DNA from: Oopsacas minuta
Lineage: Eukaryota > Animalia > Porifera
Reading direction: 5' to 3'
Assembly: GCA_024704765.1 (NCBI GenBank)
Contig: JAKMXF010000134.1
Location: 1-15,375 of the forward strand
Length of the DNA: 15,375 nucleotides
The translations under genes and the position numbers were made by a program. The notes beneath the pieces are model-generated. The model did not search any database and had not been told where the DNA came from. It saw only the letters and a list, made by a program, of their open reading frames with translations. The stretch's first letter is position 1, and the number at the start of each line of letters is the position of its first letter. Shown piece after piece: positions 1-8,318 of this stretch.

Positions 1-317
1 AGAAAACGATTCAAATATTACTTCAACTTAACTCATCGCTTAATGTTGAACAAAGAGCTTTGCGCCTTGTTAGGCCTTATTGAGTTTATTCTCAGAATTG
101 ACTATTCCTTCTGGGCCGAATTTAGGTTATCCCATAGGTAATGCATATTTAGTCATATCCATAATAATTATCACCCCCTAGCTTTCCCTATGGTTATTTG
201 TATCTAATACAAGTACATTCTTAAAAATAACAAATACATTTACATATGATTGCATAATTAAAAAAGTGTGATATTAAGATTCAGCTAAGCTATATCTATA
301 TCATCCTATATTGTATA

Positions 318-470
318 CAGTGGAGTTCGCTTATTAGCAAGTTAGGTTTTTATGAGAAAACTTGCTTATAGGCGAACTTGCTAATAAGGGAACAAAATTA
401 ATGCAATTTGGGCCATTGTGACCCTAAAAAACTTGCTAATAAGACAATTGCTAATAGACGAATTCTACTG
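318..470. mobile_element. TA-flanked MITE, Tc1/mariner (pogo/Tigger-like) type, 153 bp
   Basis: Imperfect 23-bp TIRs CAGTGGAGTTCGCTTATTAGCAA (318-340) and TTGCTAATAGACGAATTCTACTG (448-470), 19/23 complementary. TA on both sides (316-317, 471-472). Internal AACTTGCT(A/T)ATA repeats. Superfamily inferred from CAGT termini and TA flanks. Confidence 0.8.
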
Positions 471-472
471 TA

Positions 473-1034
473 CAGAGCTGCAAATGGGTCACATGAAGTG
501 ACCCATGACCCATTGGTCATAACCCATTTATTATTTTCTGACCCATTCTGACCCATTATGGATTTCATTATTAGGAGCAAGTATATTGTAAGTATTTAGC
601 CTAACTCAATAATTGAATCAAGATGTTTTTATATCCTTCCAACAAAACAGAGACAGCTTCGATAGTTTCTGGCAACATTGCATTCCGTTGAGATGTTACG
701 ATATGCCGAGCATTAAAGGCGCTAAAGTGTCTCTCGCTTTCGGATGAGGATGCCTGAATTACCAATAGTCTCATGGCAATTATTGATAATAATGGAAACC
801 TAAGTTTATTCTGCTTCCAACAATCAGGGAGATTAAAACTCTCACTTGTAGTATTCCAAACATTTAGTATAATGACCACCTCTATTACTTCTATTTAGAA
901 GGTTTTCTAATTGACAAATAACTTTTTTTAAGCCTACATTGTATATAAATAAAATTTTGATGGGTCATGACCCATTAACGCATGACCCAAGACCCACTGA
1001 CCCATCTTAAAAAAGTGACCCATTTGCAGCTCTG
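473..1034 (-). mobile_element. Non-autonomous hAT DNA transposon (internal-deletion derivative), 562 bp
   Basis: Perfect 20-bp TIRs CAGAGCTGCAAATGGGTCAC (473-492) and GTGACCCATTTGCAGCTCTG (1015-1034). Exact 8-bp TSD CTACTGTA (465-472, 1035-1042). Multiple subterminal TGACCCA repeats at both ends. Transposase remnant inside. Confidence 0.95.
601..879 (-). pseudogene. hAT transposase C-terminal dimerisation-domain fragment
   Basis: CWKQNKLRFPLLSIIAMRLLVIQASSSESERHFS...RNAMLPETIEAV matches the hAT dimerisation signature W-K-x4-(F/Y)P-x-L-x2-(I/L)A-x2-(L/Y)L-x-I-x-A(S/T)S-x2-SER-x-FS. No ATG start (the track uses GTG) and the catalytic region is absent. Confidence 0.9.
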
Positions 1035-1640
1035 CTACTGTATATACATAGGTACATACATATTGATATCACATAACACATAACTACTGTACAAAAGTAG
1101 TCTGAAACTCCCTCTGAGAAGAAAAATAAGAATCTATTCACTTACTAAATGTGCTTCCTGCTGTTTGGATAACTGAGGTGTTGGATAATCGAAGGTGTAT
1201 TGGGCATACAACTCACACAACACATAAGGTATGTGCTGTATGCTGTGACTGTAAATCAATACTATAGGTAATATTAGAGGTACTCCATGCAGAAAAAAGG
1301 TGTCGGCATATTTCATAAAACAAATATAGCAATTAGGCAACCAGATTACGTCATTTTGATCTAAAAATAGTTGATAGTTATGATAACTATGAACTTAGGA
1401 ATGCACCTTTCTGCAAGGCAAACTTGGCCACACTGTAGAGTTTAGGGGCTAGAAATAGAGTAAATCCATGAAACTCTGTTCCCATACTTCTAGAGCGTCT
1501 TAAGAATCTGGAACAGCTATGCGCAAGAATAACACAAATATCTATGATGGAATGCTAGAATTTATCAAGGTTTTCAGTTTCTTGAATGTGAAAATGTTGC
1601 CATACATGATCATTGGTGTTTATATTCCAAATTTGGTACA

Positions 1641-1711
1641 CTTTTCCGGGGTGGAAAAAACCGGCTTTTTCAGGTGGATTTTCTGGAGTGGTCTTTTCTG
1701 GCAAGTATCCA
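1641..1711. repeat. Degenerate TTTTC(C/T)GG/GTGG repeat cluster, probable transposon subterminal remnant
   Basis: TTTTCCGGGGTGG, TTTTCAGGTGG, TTTTCTGGAGTGG and TTTTCTGG in tandem. No partner end or TSD found. Confidence 0.4.
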
Positions 1712-2087
1712 AATAACGCAGCAGTCTAGAAGCTTCAGAGGTTTAAATACTTTTTCCATTCAGCAATGTATATATGCCCAAATTATGATGAAAAAGAACC
1801 ATCTTAGGCACGAGGATGAGGAAATCTCCACGATGTTAGCAGCGAAATAAGTAACGAAAATTGTGCAGATTTTACACTTCAATATCTCTGAATCAATATT
1901 GCTTCTACAAACAGTGTTTGTTTGGCAGAGAGTACAGTGTGGTATATTACACACTGCAAATTTTAGTCTTCCATCTCAACACGTAAGGTGATGATGACTA
2001 TGTCAAAAATTCCGAACTTTTCCTTCAAATATATTAGAGGTTAAACTTAGATTAAATCGAATTTACTTGTAAATCTAAAATTTTAGT

Positions 2088-2306
2088 GCACTTGTCCAGT
2101 TGTTACCCTTCAATTTGCTAAACGCCCATACTATATGAGGTCACCAGAATATGTCCAAATTTGAACTAAGTTCGAAATTCTCTATTCCAAATATGTACAG
2201 ACAACTAAGTTAATTCATGAAACTGTTTGATGTGTTCAAAGACCCTAAGACAACTCTTAACAAGTTGGCGCACTTGTCCAGCTGTTCCCCTCTTCACCAA
2301 TGCGCC
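2088..2306. repeat. Pair of direct repeats 182 bp apart, probable transposon end
   Basis: GCACTTGTCCAGTTGTTACCCTTCA (from 2088) and GCACTTGTCCAGCTGTTCCCCTCTTCA (from 2270). The first 17 nt match at 16/17. Confidence 0.5.
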
Positions 2307-2631
2307 TTGTCGATTTTAATATCTTGAATAAAGTAACTCAATGTACTCACAGATGTACTATAATAAAAATAAGAATGGTTAGCCTGTTTTAGTAAATGAA
2401 CGGGCTTCTCGTCCCATGACATGTTAATGAATATCTCTTATGAAACCAATTATAATGCAGTAAATATATATAAATATATTGAAAGTATATATGTATAATT
2501 ACAGAAGTAAAAATGGGACTGACAAATCTATATTAATCTTAAGTACTTCATGCATAAATCCAAAAGTATATTTACAGGCCAATCATTAGTTATGAGTAAG
2601 CAGCAGATTGGTTAAACTAAACTCAGATAAT

Positions 2632-4083
2632 TTATTGAATTACTCGCTCTGTCTTACGTTTTTTCATAAAGAACCTCGTAAGTATGAGGGCACATAATCC
2701 GAAGTAAGCAATGAGGGAGGATACTCCTGGCACAGACACCATGACGTAACGATAGAAGGGGCTACATAGGGAACAACAAGCTGCTTCCCCTTCACCCTTA
2801 CAAGGATGTACCAGCTGTATCACTTGAATAACTACTCCGTTGGATAGCTTATCAGTGAAACTCATAGCGCCGTACACGAATGCCCCAGTACCCGTGTTGC
2901 TACCTATCAAATCTGAAGTCATGGAGAGTGCTGTAACTAAAATAGCAGACCCCCCAATCCCCAGGAAGGAAGAGCCGAGATAGGCCAAGTTCGCCAAGCT
3001 CCCCCTCTGGATTACCCAAAACGTTTCTATGGCAGCCCAGATAAATCCGAGACCTACGAAGTAGGTCAGTTCTCTGCCCAGGAGTAAGTTAACATATTTC
3101 ATTGACAGTGTAGTAATCAGGCCCGACACATAAATAACAAGTGGAGAAAAAGCAACACTCAGTTTGCTAAGGTCAAGACTGTCAATCAGGTAGAGAGATA
3201 TGTAGACCTGAGAAATATTCACTACGAGACGAGTGCACATGTACATTACTGCGACAAAGTAAAATTCTGGATTCAGAAACCATTGATACCAAGTAACACT
3301 CCGTCCAGATGTATCCACATGAGAAGATTCTGGGACAAACTCTTTGCTTTTGTAATCCGTGGACTCTCTCACTCCGATATGAAATAGGATTGAGAATACA
3401 GCACCAACTCCAATTGTACCAAGTGAAAGAAACCAAAAGCTGTCCAGGTCGTTGGGAGAGATGTCGTCATCGCCACTGAATCCAAACAGAGCGGCTAACA
3501 CGCCAAATATTGTGAGGTTAGCTAGGATAGTAAAGAAGTAGCGGATAGAGTTAAGAGATACTCGCTCACTCTCATTAGATGTTATTTCAGGGATCAGGGA
3601 GAGATGTGATATCTGGACAGATGCCCACCCAAACTGGAAAATTATAATGAATACGGAGTAATAGACCATCTCTACAGCCAGAGAATTGGTTTTTGTAACA
3701 TCGCAGAGAAGGCACCTATACCAGATGAAACTGAATGAGATGAAAACGCTTATGGTACCTATCAAATGCCAAATCTTACGGCGTCCATAGTACTTAAACT
3801 TGGTATGGTCTGAAGCCATCCCAATGATGGGTGTGCAAATTCCGTCAGCTACCTGTCCTATCAGGAGGAGCAGCCCTGCGTAGCTGTTCCCCAGTTGTAT
3901 CACTGAGTGGTAGAAGAGGAGCAAATAGGTGAACCAAAGACTGGCGCAAAGGTCATTGAAAAAGTGACCAAGTCCATAGGCAAAAAACTCCACCCATTTT
4001 TCTGCTTTAGATCTGGTGGCAGGTTTATGAGTAGATATGAGAGGGGCTGTGATAAGATTCTTTTCATCTCCTGATTGATGCAT
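2632..4083 (-). CDS. MFSD12: MFSD12-like major facilitator superfamily transporter, 483 aa from the first ATG, single exon
   Basis: Multi-pass hydrophobic ORF with MFSD12-type motifs AYGLGHFFNDLCASLWFTYLL, YGRRKIWHLIGT, FQFGWASVQISHLSLIPE and GAFVYGAMSFTDKLSNG. The track start at 4152 is GTG; the first ATG is 4083 (MHQSGD...). Stop TAA at 2632-2634. Confidence 0.92.
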   Translation of the reverse strand: MHQSGDEKNLITAPLISTHKPATRSKAEKWVEFFAYGLGHFFNDLCASLWFTYLLLFYHSVIQLGNSYAGLLLLIGQVADGICTPIIGMASDHTKFKYYGRRKIWHLIGTISVFISFSFIWYRCLLCDVTKTNSLAVEMVYYSVFIIIFQFGWASVQISHLSLIPEITSNESERVSLNSIRYFFTILANLTIFGVLAALFGFSGDDDISPNDLDSFWFLSLGTIGVGAVFSILFHIGVRESTDYKSKEFVPESSHVDTSGRSVTWYQWFLNPEFYFVAVMYMCTRLVVNISQVYISLYLIDSLDLSKLSVAFSPLVIYVSGLITTLSMKYVNLLLGRELTYFVGLGFIWAAIETFWVIQRGSLANLAYLGSSFLGIGGSAILVTALSMTSDLIGSNTGTGAFVYGAMSFTDKLSNGVVIQVIQLVHPCKGEGEAACCSLCSPFYRYVMVSVPGVSSLIAYFGLCALILTRFFMKKRKTERVIQ

Positions 4084-4173
4084 TAAGTACTTATAGAATC
4101 TAGAGAAATTGTGAGAGTTCAATGTAAACAAACTGAATATTAATTGGATCACCTTCTGGGGAGTCCAATTTCT

Positions 4174-4183
4174 GGGACGTGAC
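4174..4183 (-). promoter_or_regulatory. Imperfect CLEAR-like motif upstream of MFSD12
   Basis: Minus strand GTCACGTCCC versus CLEAR consensus GTCACGTGAC (8/10), about 90 bp upstream of the ATG. The E-box core is imperfect (CACGTC). Confidence 0.2.
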
Positions 4184-4538
4184 GATTCCGGAAAATGCAG
4201 GTGCTTAAAAGCTAGAATTGAGTAGAAATAATCACTTAAATTTAGTCATGATTATTGCTAAAATACTCAATGTATGAGAATTAATTCGCAAAAAGTATGC
4301 ATAAAGGATTACTAAATATTACCATTCTCACGCGGGACATCCTGGGAAATGACTAATACACGGGGCAGGGCTAAAATGCCAAAAGTACAAAACGAATGAC
4401 GAAAAATATTCTTGCTAATCCAACTAAATTTGTAGCATGACTGTATGACGGTGTTGTAGTGCCATCTGTGTCTTCTGGCACTAGGGCATGGCACAATCTC
4501 TGTATAAATCATTATAATTTACTATCATTGTTATCCAA

Positions 4539-4585
4539 GGGGGTGCTCGAGCACCCATTGTCCCCCTCCCCCTAGATACGCCACA
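4539..4585. mobile_element. Orphan right end of a GC-rich hAT-type MITE
   Basis: 16-bp palindrome GGGTGCTCGAGCACCC (4541-4556) followed by CCCCCTCCCCTAGATACGCCACAG, resembling the reverse complement of a CAGTGGCGTATCTAGGGGG-type terminus. No left end or TSD in the window. Confidence 0.55.
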
Positions 4586-4810
4586 GAGTATGTACAGTTG
4601 ACACCGGTTTATTCTAACCATTTCTTGGAAGCAGAGAAGGGTTAGAAAGTCTATTGATTACTTTTGTTTAAAGTGGCACTAGTAATTGAAGGCACTATGT
4701 GTATTAGATTAAACAATATTTAGGCTATTTCACGATATATTTTTTGAAAATCCGGGGAAACAAAAATATTTTGAATATTTTATTTCAGATATCAAGAATT
4801 ATGAATTATT

Positions 4811-4830
4811 TGAATTATTCGAATAATTCA
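4811..4830. repeat. Perfect 20-bp palindrome within GAATTAT repeats
   Basis: TGAATTATTCGAATAATTCA is self-complementary and is flanked by further GAATTAT units. Confidence 0.85.
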
Positions 4831-5126
4831 TGAATTAGTCAAATTAGATGTATACCAATTTCAGGTAAATCGGACTGCTAGATTTCGCAAGGCCGGGCAG
4901 ACGGAAGTGTGGAGAACGGATAGCACAGCATCCATACCATTAGGGTATCTCCCTATAGGAGCTGCACTAAAATGTGATCGAACTTCAACCATAGAAGTCA
5001 GTTCAAGTTTACACCTTTTCTAGCGCTATCTGATGACTATACAAATACTTCAGAAATCTTCACCCAGGTGAAAAAATACAAAACTCGCGATTGAAAAGCT
5101 GATAAAATAACCTTTCCAATCATATA

Positions 5127-5293
5127 CAGTAGAACTCGATAAGACGTAACCCCTCGGGAAACAAAATTAGTACGTCTTACCCGAATAGGTATTGCATTAC
5201 AATGAATGATAACTACTTTTTGGGAGATATAAGAAATAGTACTTCTTAACCGAGTGTCGTCTTAAGCCGAGTACGTCTTATCCATGTCTATTG
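5127..5293. mobile_element. TA-flanked MITE, Tc1/mariner type, 167 bp
   Basis: TIRs CAGTAGAACTCGATAAGACGTA (5127-5148) and TACGTCTTATCCATGTCTATTG (5272-5293), 18/22. TA flanks at 5125-5126 and 5294-5295. Internal CGTCTTA repeats. Confidence 0.8.
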
Positions 5294-5825
5294 TATAATA
5301 TAATTAATAGAGATTTTTCGTAGGTCATCCAAAATTCTACAGACTATACGTGCTTCTATCTCATAAATTATATATTAACAAATTACAGAATACTGTTCTT
5401 TCAATCCATACCAAACGTACAGTTCCGTAAATAAGGTATATAAGTTCAACAATACTACACTAATAAAAAAAATTCTATATACTTCTTATGTATTCTTCTG
5501 GTGGTAGTAGACCTGAAAATCTTACTATCCTTAATAAGCTCAAACAAAAAGACATTTAATATTATTACATTTCTTAACACAAAATTGAATTAGTAATAAA
5601 AGTACAATAATACGTATTATTATCAATGGACATTTATTGTTCAAGATTCAACTAGAATATCTCTCCTTATTTATTCACATCAATTACGTATATAGAAAGT
5701 AGAGTCAAAGCTCTCCAAAAGATTCAATCTGGCATTAAGTTCGTAACCAGTGGTGTAGACTCTAGAAACTCTGATAGGGCCACTAGTCAGGCTTGTGATC
5801 TGAGTGCAAGCTTGTTCCTCATGAG

Positions 5826-5872
5826 GAGGGGCGGCGCAAGGATTTGGCGAACAGAGGGGCAGGCGTGGCGAC
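5826..5872 (+). mobile_element. Older GC-rich MITE-like left end interrupted by the 5873-6210 insertion
   Basis: GAGGGGCGGCGCAAGGATTTGGCGAACAGAGGGGC resembles a hAT-type MITE start. It continues as ACGCTCGTTCGGC after the second TSD copy. No right end recognised. Confidence 0.4.
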
Positions 5873-6210
5873 CAGGGGTGTAGTGGTCAAATTTATAGTG
5901 GGGGAGCGCTTATATAAGACTATATTACGCAAAAATTGGTAAAACAAAGTTATTTTTCTATCAACGAAACATTTTGTAAACCACATTACAAGTAATATAA
6001 ACTAAAATACTTCTAAATAATGTTGTCCTTCTTCGGTGCAGATGTTACCCTGTTAAGCGGAGTTGGCTGGAGTACGAAAGAAGGGCAACTCTGGAAAACT
6101 TAATCTCCCATATTTTAATAAAATTACAATAATCAAGATAAAGTGAGGGAGCGCCTCTCGCCAGAGAATTTGTCTTGGGGGAGCGCCGTTCCCCCCACAC
6201 TACACCGCTG
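5873..6210. mobile_element. hAT-type MITE, 338 bp
   Basis: TIRs CAGGGGTGTAGTG (5873-5885) and CACTACACCGCTG (6198-6210), 12/13. Exact 8-bp TSD GTGGCGAC (5865-5872, 6211-6218). GGGGAGCGC subterminal motifs. Confidence 0.9.
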
Positions 6211-6573
6211 GTGGCGACACGCTCGTTCGGCATATTAATTAAATTACTCAACTTATTGCCTTATAACTGCAAAAAATATGTTACTTGGTGCTTTGGATGC
6301 CGGATGGAAGCGATTTATCGAGCTGTACCAAATTGCCATGTAAGGATATAATTGAGTTGTTACAAAATTAATCTAGCAGCATATAAATAAAATAAAAATA
6401 TTCAAATACAGAATAACACGAGGACTCATTAACAGAGCAAGATTTTCGGGGAATTATTCGGTTAATCATATTTTCACAACTTCTTATGTAAAATTCAAAG
6501 CATGCTAGAGATTAGGTTCAACATGTTGTGTGGGGTATTGGGTGCGTAGAGTCCGATTTTGAGAGCCTGAAAG

Positions 6574-6907
6574 TAGTGTTTGCAAGCGCTGGCTCAAGGC
6601 AGCACAATCAAGACTTCCAGCGTAGCGCAAATTAATTTTCGTCAGAAGGAATAGAATGTCAATTGAAAGAATGAGAAACAAACTACTCATACTGCTTAAT
6701 ACCCATAAAGAAGAGATGCTATTGAAACTTGTTTGTGCTTAGTTTTTATACCTTTTCAGTAACTTTATTTAAATTTACAGAATATGCACGATTTGTGAAT
6801 TCCCTTGAAATAGCTATCGGTGTTTAACTACCTTCGCAGCGGGCATTACGTTTAGATATCAGCTCAGCGCAGCGGCAAGTAAATTATGCCAGCGCTTGCA
6901 AACACTG
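6574..6907. mobile_element. hAT-type MITE, 334 bp
   Basis: TIRs TAGTGTTTGCAAGCGCTGGC (6574-6593) and GCCAGCGCTTGCAAACACTG (6888-6907), 19/20. Exact 8-bp TSD CCTGAAAG (6566-6573, 6908-6915). AGCGC/CAGCG subterminal motifs. Confidence 0.92.
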
Positions 6908-6973
6908 CCTGAAAGTAACAATGTTACAGATTTATCATATGGTTAATCATATTTTCTCACCCTTTTACATATA

Positions 6974-7083
6974 CAGTAGAACATAGTGAATACGAACACA
7001 GTTATACGAATTTCAGGATCAGGTTAACAAATTTTGCCCGTCCGTAACGCTCCGTTGGTGTTCGTATTAATGAGGTTCCACTG
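6974..7083. mobile_element. TA-flanked MITE, Tc1/mariner type, 110 bp
   Basis: TIRs CAGTAGAACATAGTGAATACGAACAC (6974-6999) and GTGTTCGTATTAATGAGGTTCCACTG (7058-7083), 21/26. TA flanks at 6972-6973 and 7084-7085. Confidence 0.82.
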
Positions 7084-7494
7084 TACATATTTCAAAATGA
7101 TGCTAGAAATTTCGTTTCAACTGCCAGTTAGGGTAATCGTCTAATCGAGCATGTAGTTTTTGGTTGGACATTTTGTTGTTATGTTATACTCACTTTATTT
7201 ATCATATAGTAGAAACCGGTTTTTCTTACTATTTCTTTGCACGGAAATAAAGTAAGCAAAACCAATGGAAAATGAATGTAAATCCCACATACTTTACAGT
7301 TTGAACATGAAAGTAAATTAAGAAAAAGGATAAGTAAGAAAAAGTCGGTGTAAGAATAAACCTGTTTTGACTGTACTATATTTACAATTGTCATTACCAT
7401 TCCGTTCGATAATTTGAACTTTTACAACTATAAATTGTAACAAATTTTATTAGTCATTCAAAATTTATAAATATCTATACACCGAATTGCTCTG

Positions 7495-7516
7495 AATAAG
7501 CGCCCGAGCGCTTATT
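7495..7516. repeat. 9-bp-stem hairpin, probable MITE-end remnant
   Basis: AATAAGCGC-ccga-GCGCTTATT. Confidence 0.6.
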
Positions 7517-7541
7517 ATTTCGTGGGCATTTTTTTGTCTAA

Positions 7542-7568
7542 GCAGTAGACCCTCGATTATCCGAACAG
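7542..7568 (+). repeat. Left transposon-like terminus; inverted partner at 12262-12288
   Basis: GCAGTAGACCCTCGATTATCCGAACAG has the same CAGTAG start as the TA-MITE termini in this window. Its reverse complement matches 12262-12288 at 25/27. Confidence 0.85.
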
Positions 7569-7796
7569 CAGTAAGAACATTTAGTTTGTGAAATTGAACA
7601 ATTGCAAAGAACTATCAAACTTCGGCCGCACCAATAATTCAGAATTCAATGATTATTAATGGTCATATGTGGTGGATGCCGCCCAATACAATGTACCTCG
7701 CCGCACCTATAATTTTTTGGTACCGACGTCCTTATATAGCGAAACAATGATCGATTTTACACAGGTGTCAACATACAATTCATAGCCATAATCCAT

Positions 7797-7855
7797 TTAG
7801 AACTCGACCGGCAGGTCAAGATTTCGACCGGTCTGGCCTGACGGTTCCATCTCTA
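7797..7855. mobile_element. Orphan hAT-like right end
   Basis: Repeated GACCGG/CCGGTC units ending GGTTCCATCTCTA (reverse complement TAGAGATGGAACC, a TAG-starting hAT-like terminus). No left end in the window. Confidence 0.55.
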
Positions 7856-7957
7856 GTGACCGCTAGATAAATTGGCCGTTATAGAAAGGTTTAGCGCCAG
7901 TAAGGGACCAATAATGGTGGCCTATATACAGAGGTGGCCGTTAAGTAGGTTTGACTG
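7856..7957. mobile_element. Truncated TA-MITE, right part
   Basis: Repeated TGGCCGTTA...AGGTTT units ending GTGGCCGTTAAGTAGGTTTGACTG followed by TA. Cut off on the left at the hAT-like end at 7855. Confidence 0.55.
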
Positions 7958-8318
7958 TAATTCAATTGTCTATATCTTCCCACTTATTATAGTTACTCGA
8001 TGACTAATAAAATAATCAAGTACTGAGTAAAGTGAATATTTAGTATAGCAGAAGTGATTATATTAACTCATTGAAACCATGGATTGGTCGATTCCAAGCT
8101 CTAAGATTCAATTGTCATAAATATGATGTAATGTAATTCTATAGCTTCGTATAATGAGCTTATTGAGGTTATTATATCATGACCAATGTTATTTGGTATT
8201 TATATAAACAAAATAATTTGATATAGTGAGACTCATACAATTTGCTTTTAGAGATATTTAATATTCCTTCAAGTTCTTGCTATTGCATATAGCTGTCATT
8301 ATTCTTATAATCAATTGA

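Noticed and set aside
398-580. 60-aa minus-strand ORF
   Set aside because: It runs across the hAT TIR, the TGACCCA repeats and the MITE end, so the peptide is a repeat artefact.
1134-1716. Short ORFs 1134-1340 (-) and 1519-1716 (+)
   Set aside because: No recognisable motifs. The second overlaps a low-complexity repeat cluster.
1760-1954. Cys-rich ORF (CNIPHCTLC...CKIC) resembling a zinc-finger or furin-like repeat
   Set aside because: Short, no convincing consensus spacing and no splice evidence. An HMM search would be needed.
3182-3436. Alternative-frame ORF inside MFSD12
   Set aside because: Shadow ORF with no recognisable domain.
4084-4152. 23-aa N-terminal extension of MFSD12 in the track
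   Set aside because: It depends on a GTG start. The first ATG at 4083 gives a typical-length protein.
4980-5030. tRNA/SINE B-box-like GTTCAAG
   Set aside because: Incomplete B-box, no A-box at a suitable distance and no cloverleaf.
6045-6690. ORFs 6045-6251 and 6505-6690
   Set aside because: They cross MITE boundaries and show no transposase motifs.
8183-8208. CCAAT (8183-8187) and TATATAAA (8201-8208) upstream of Piwi
   Set aside because: Indistinguishable from background in such AT-rich sequence without TSS data.
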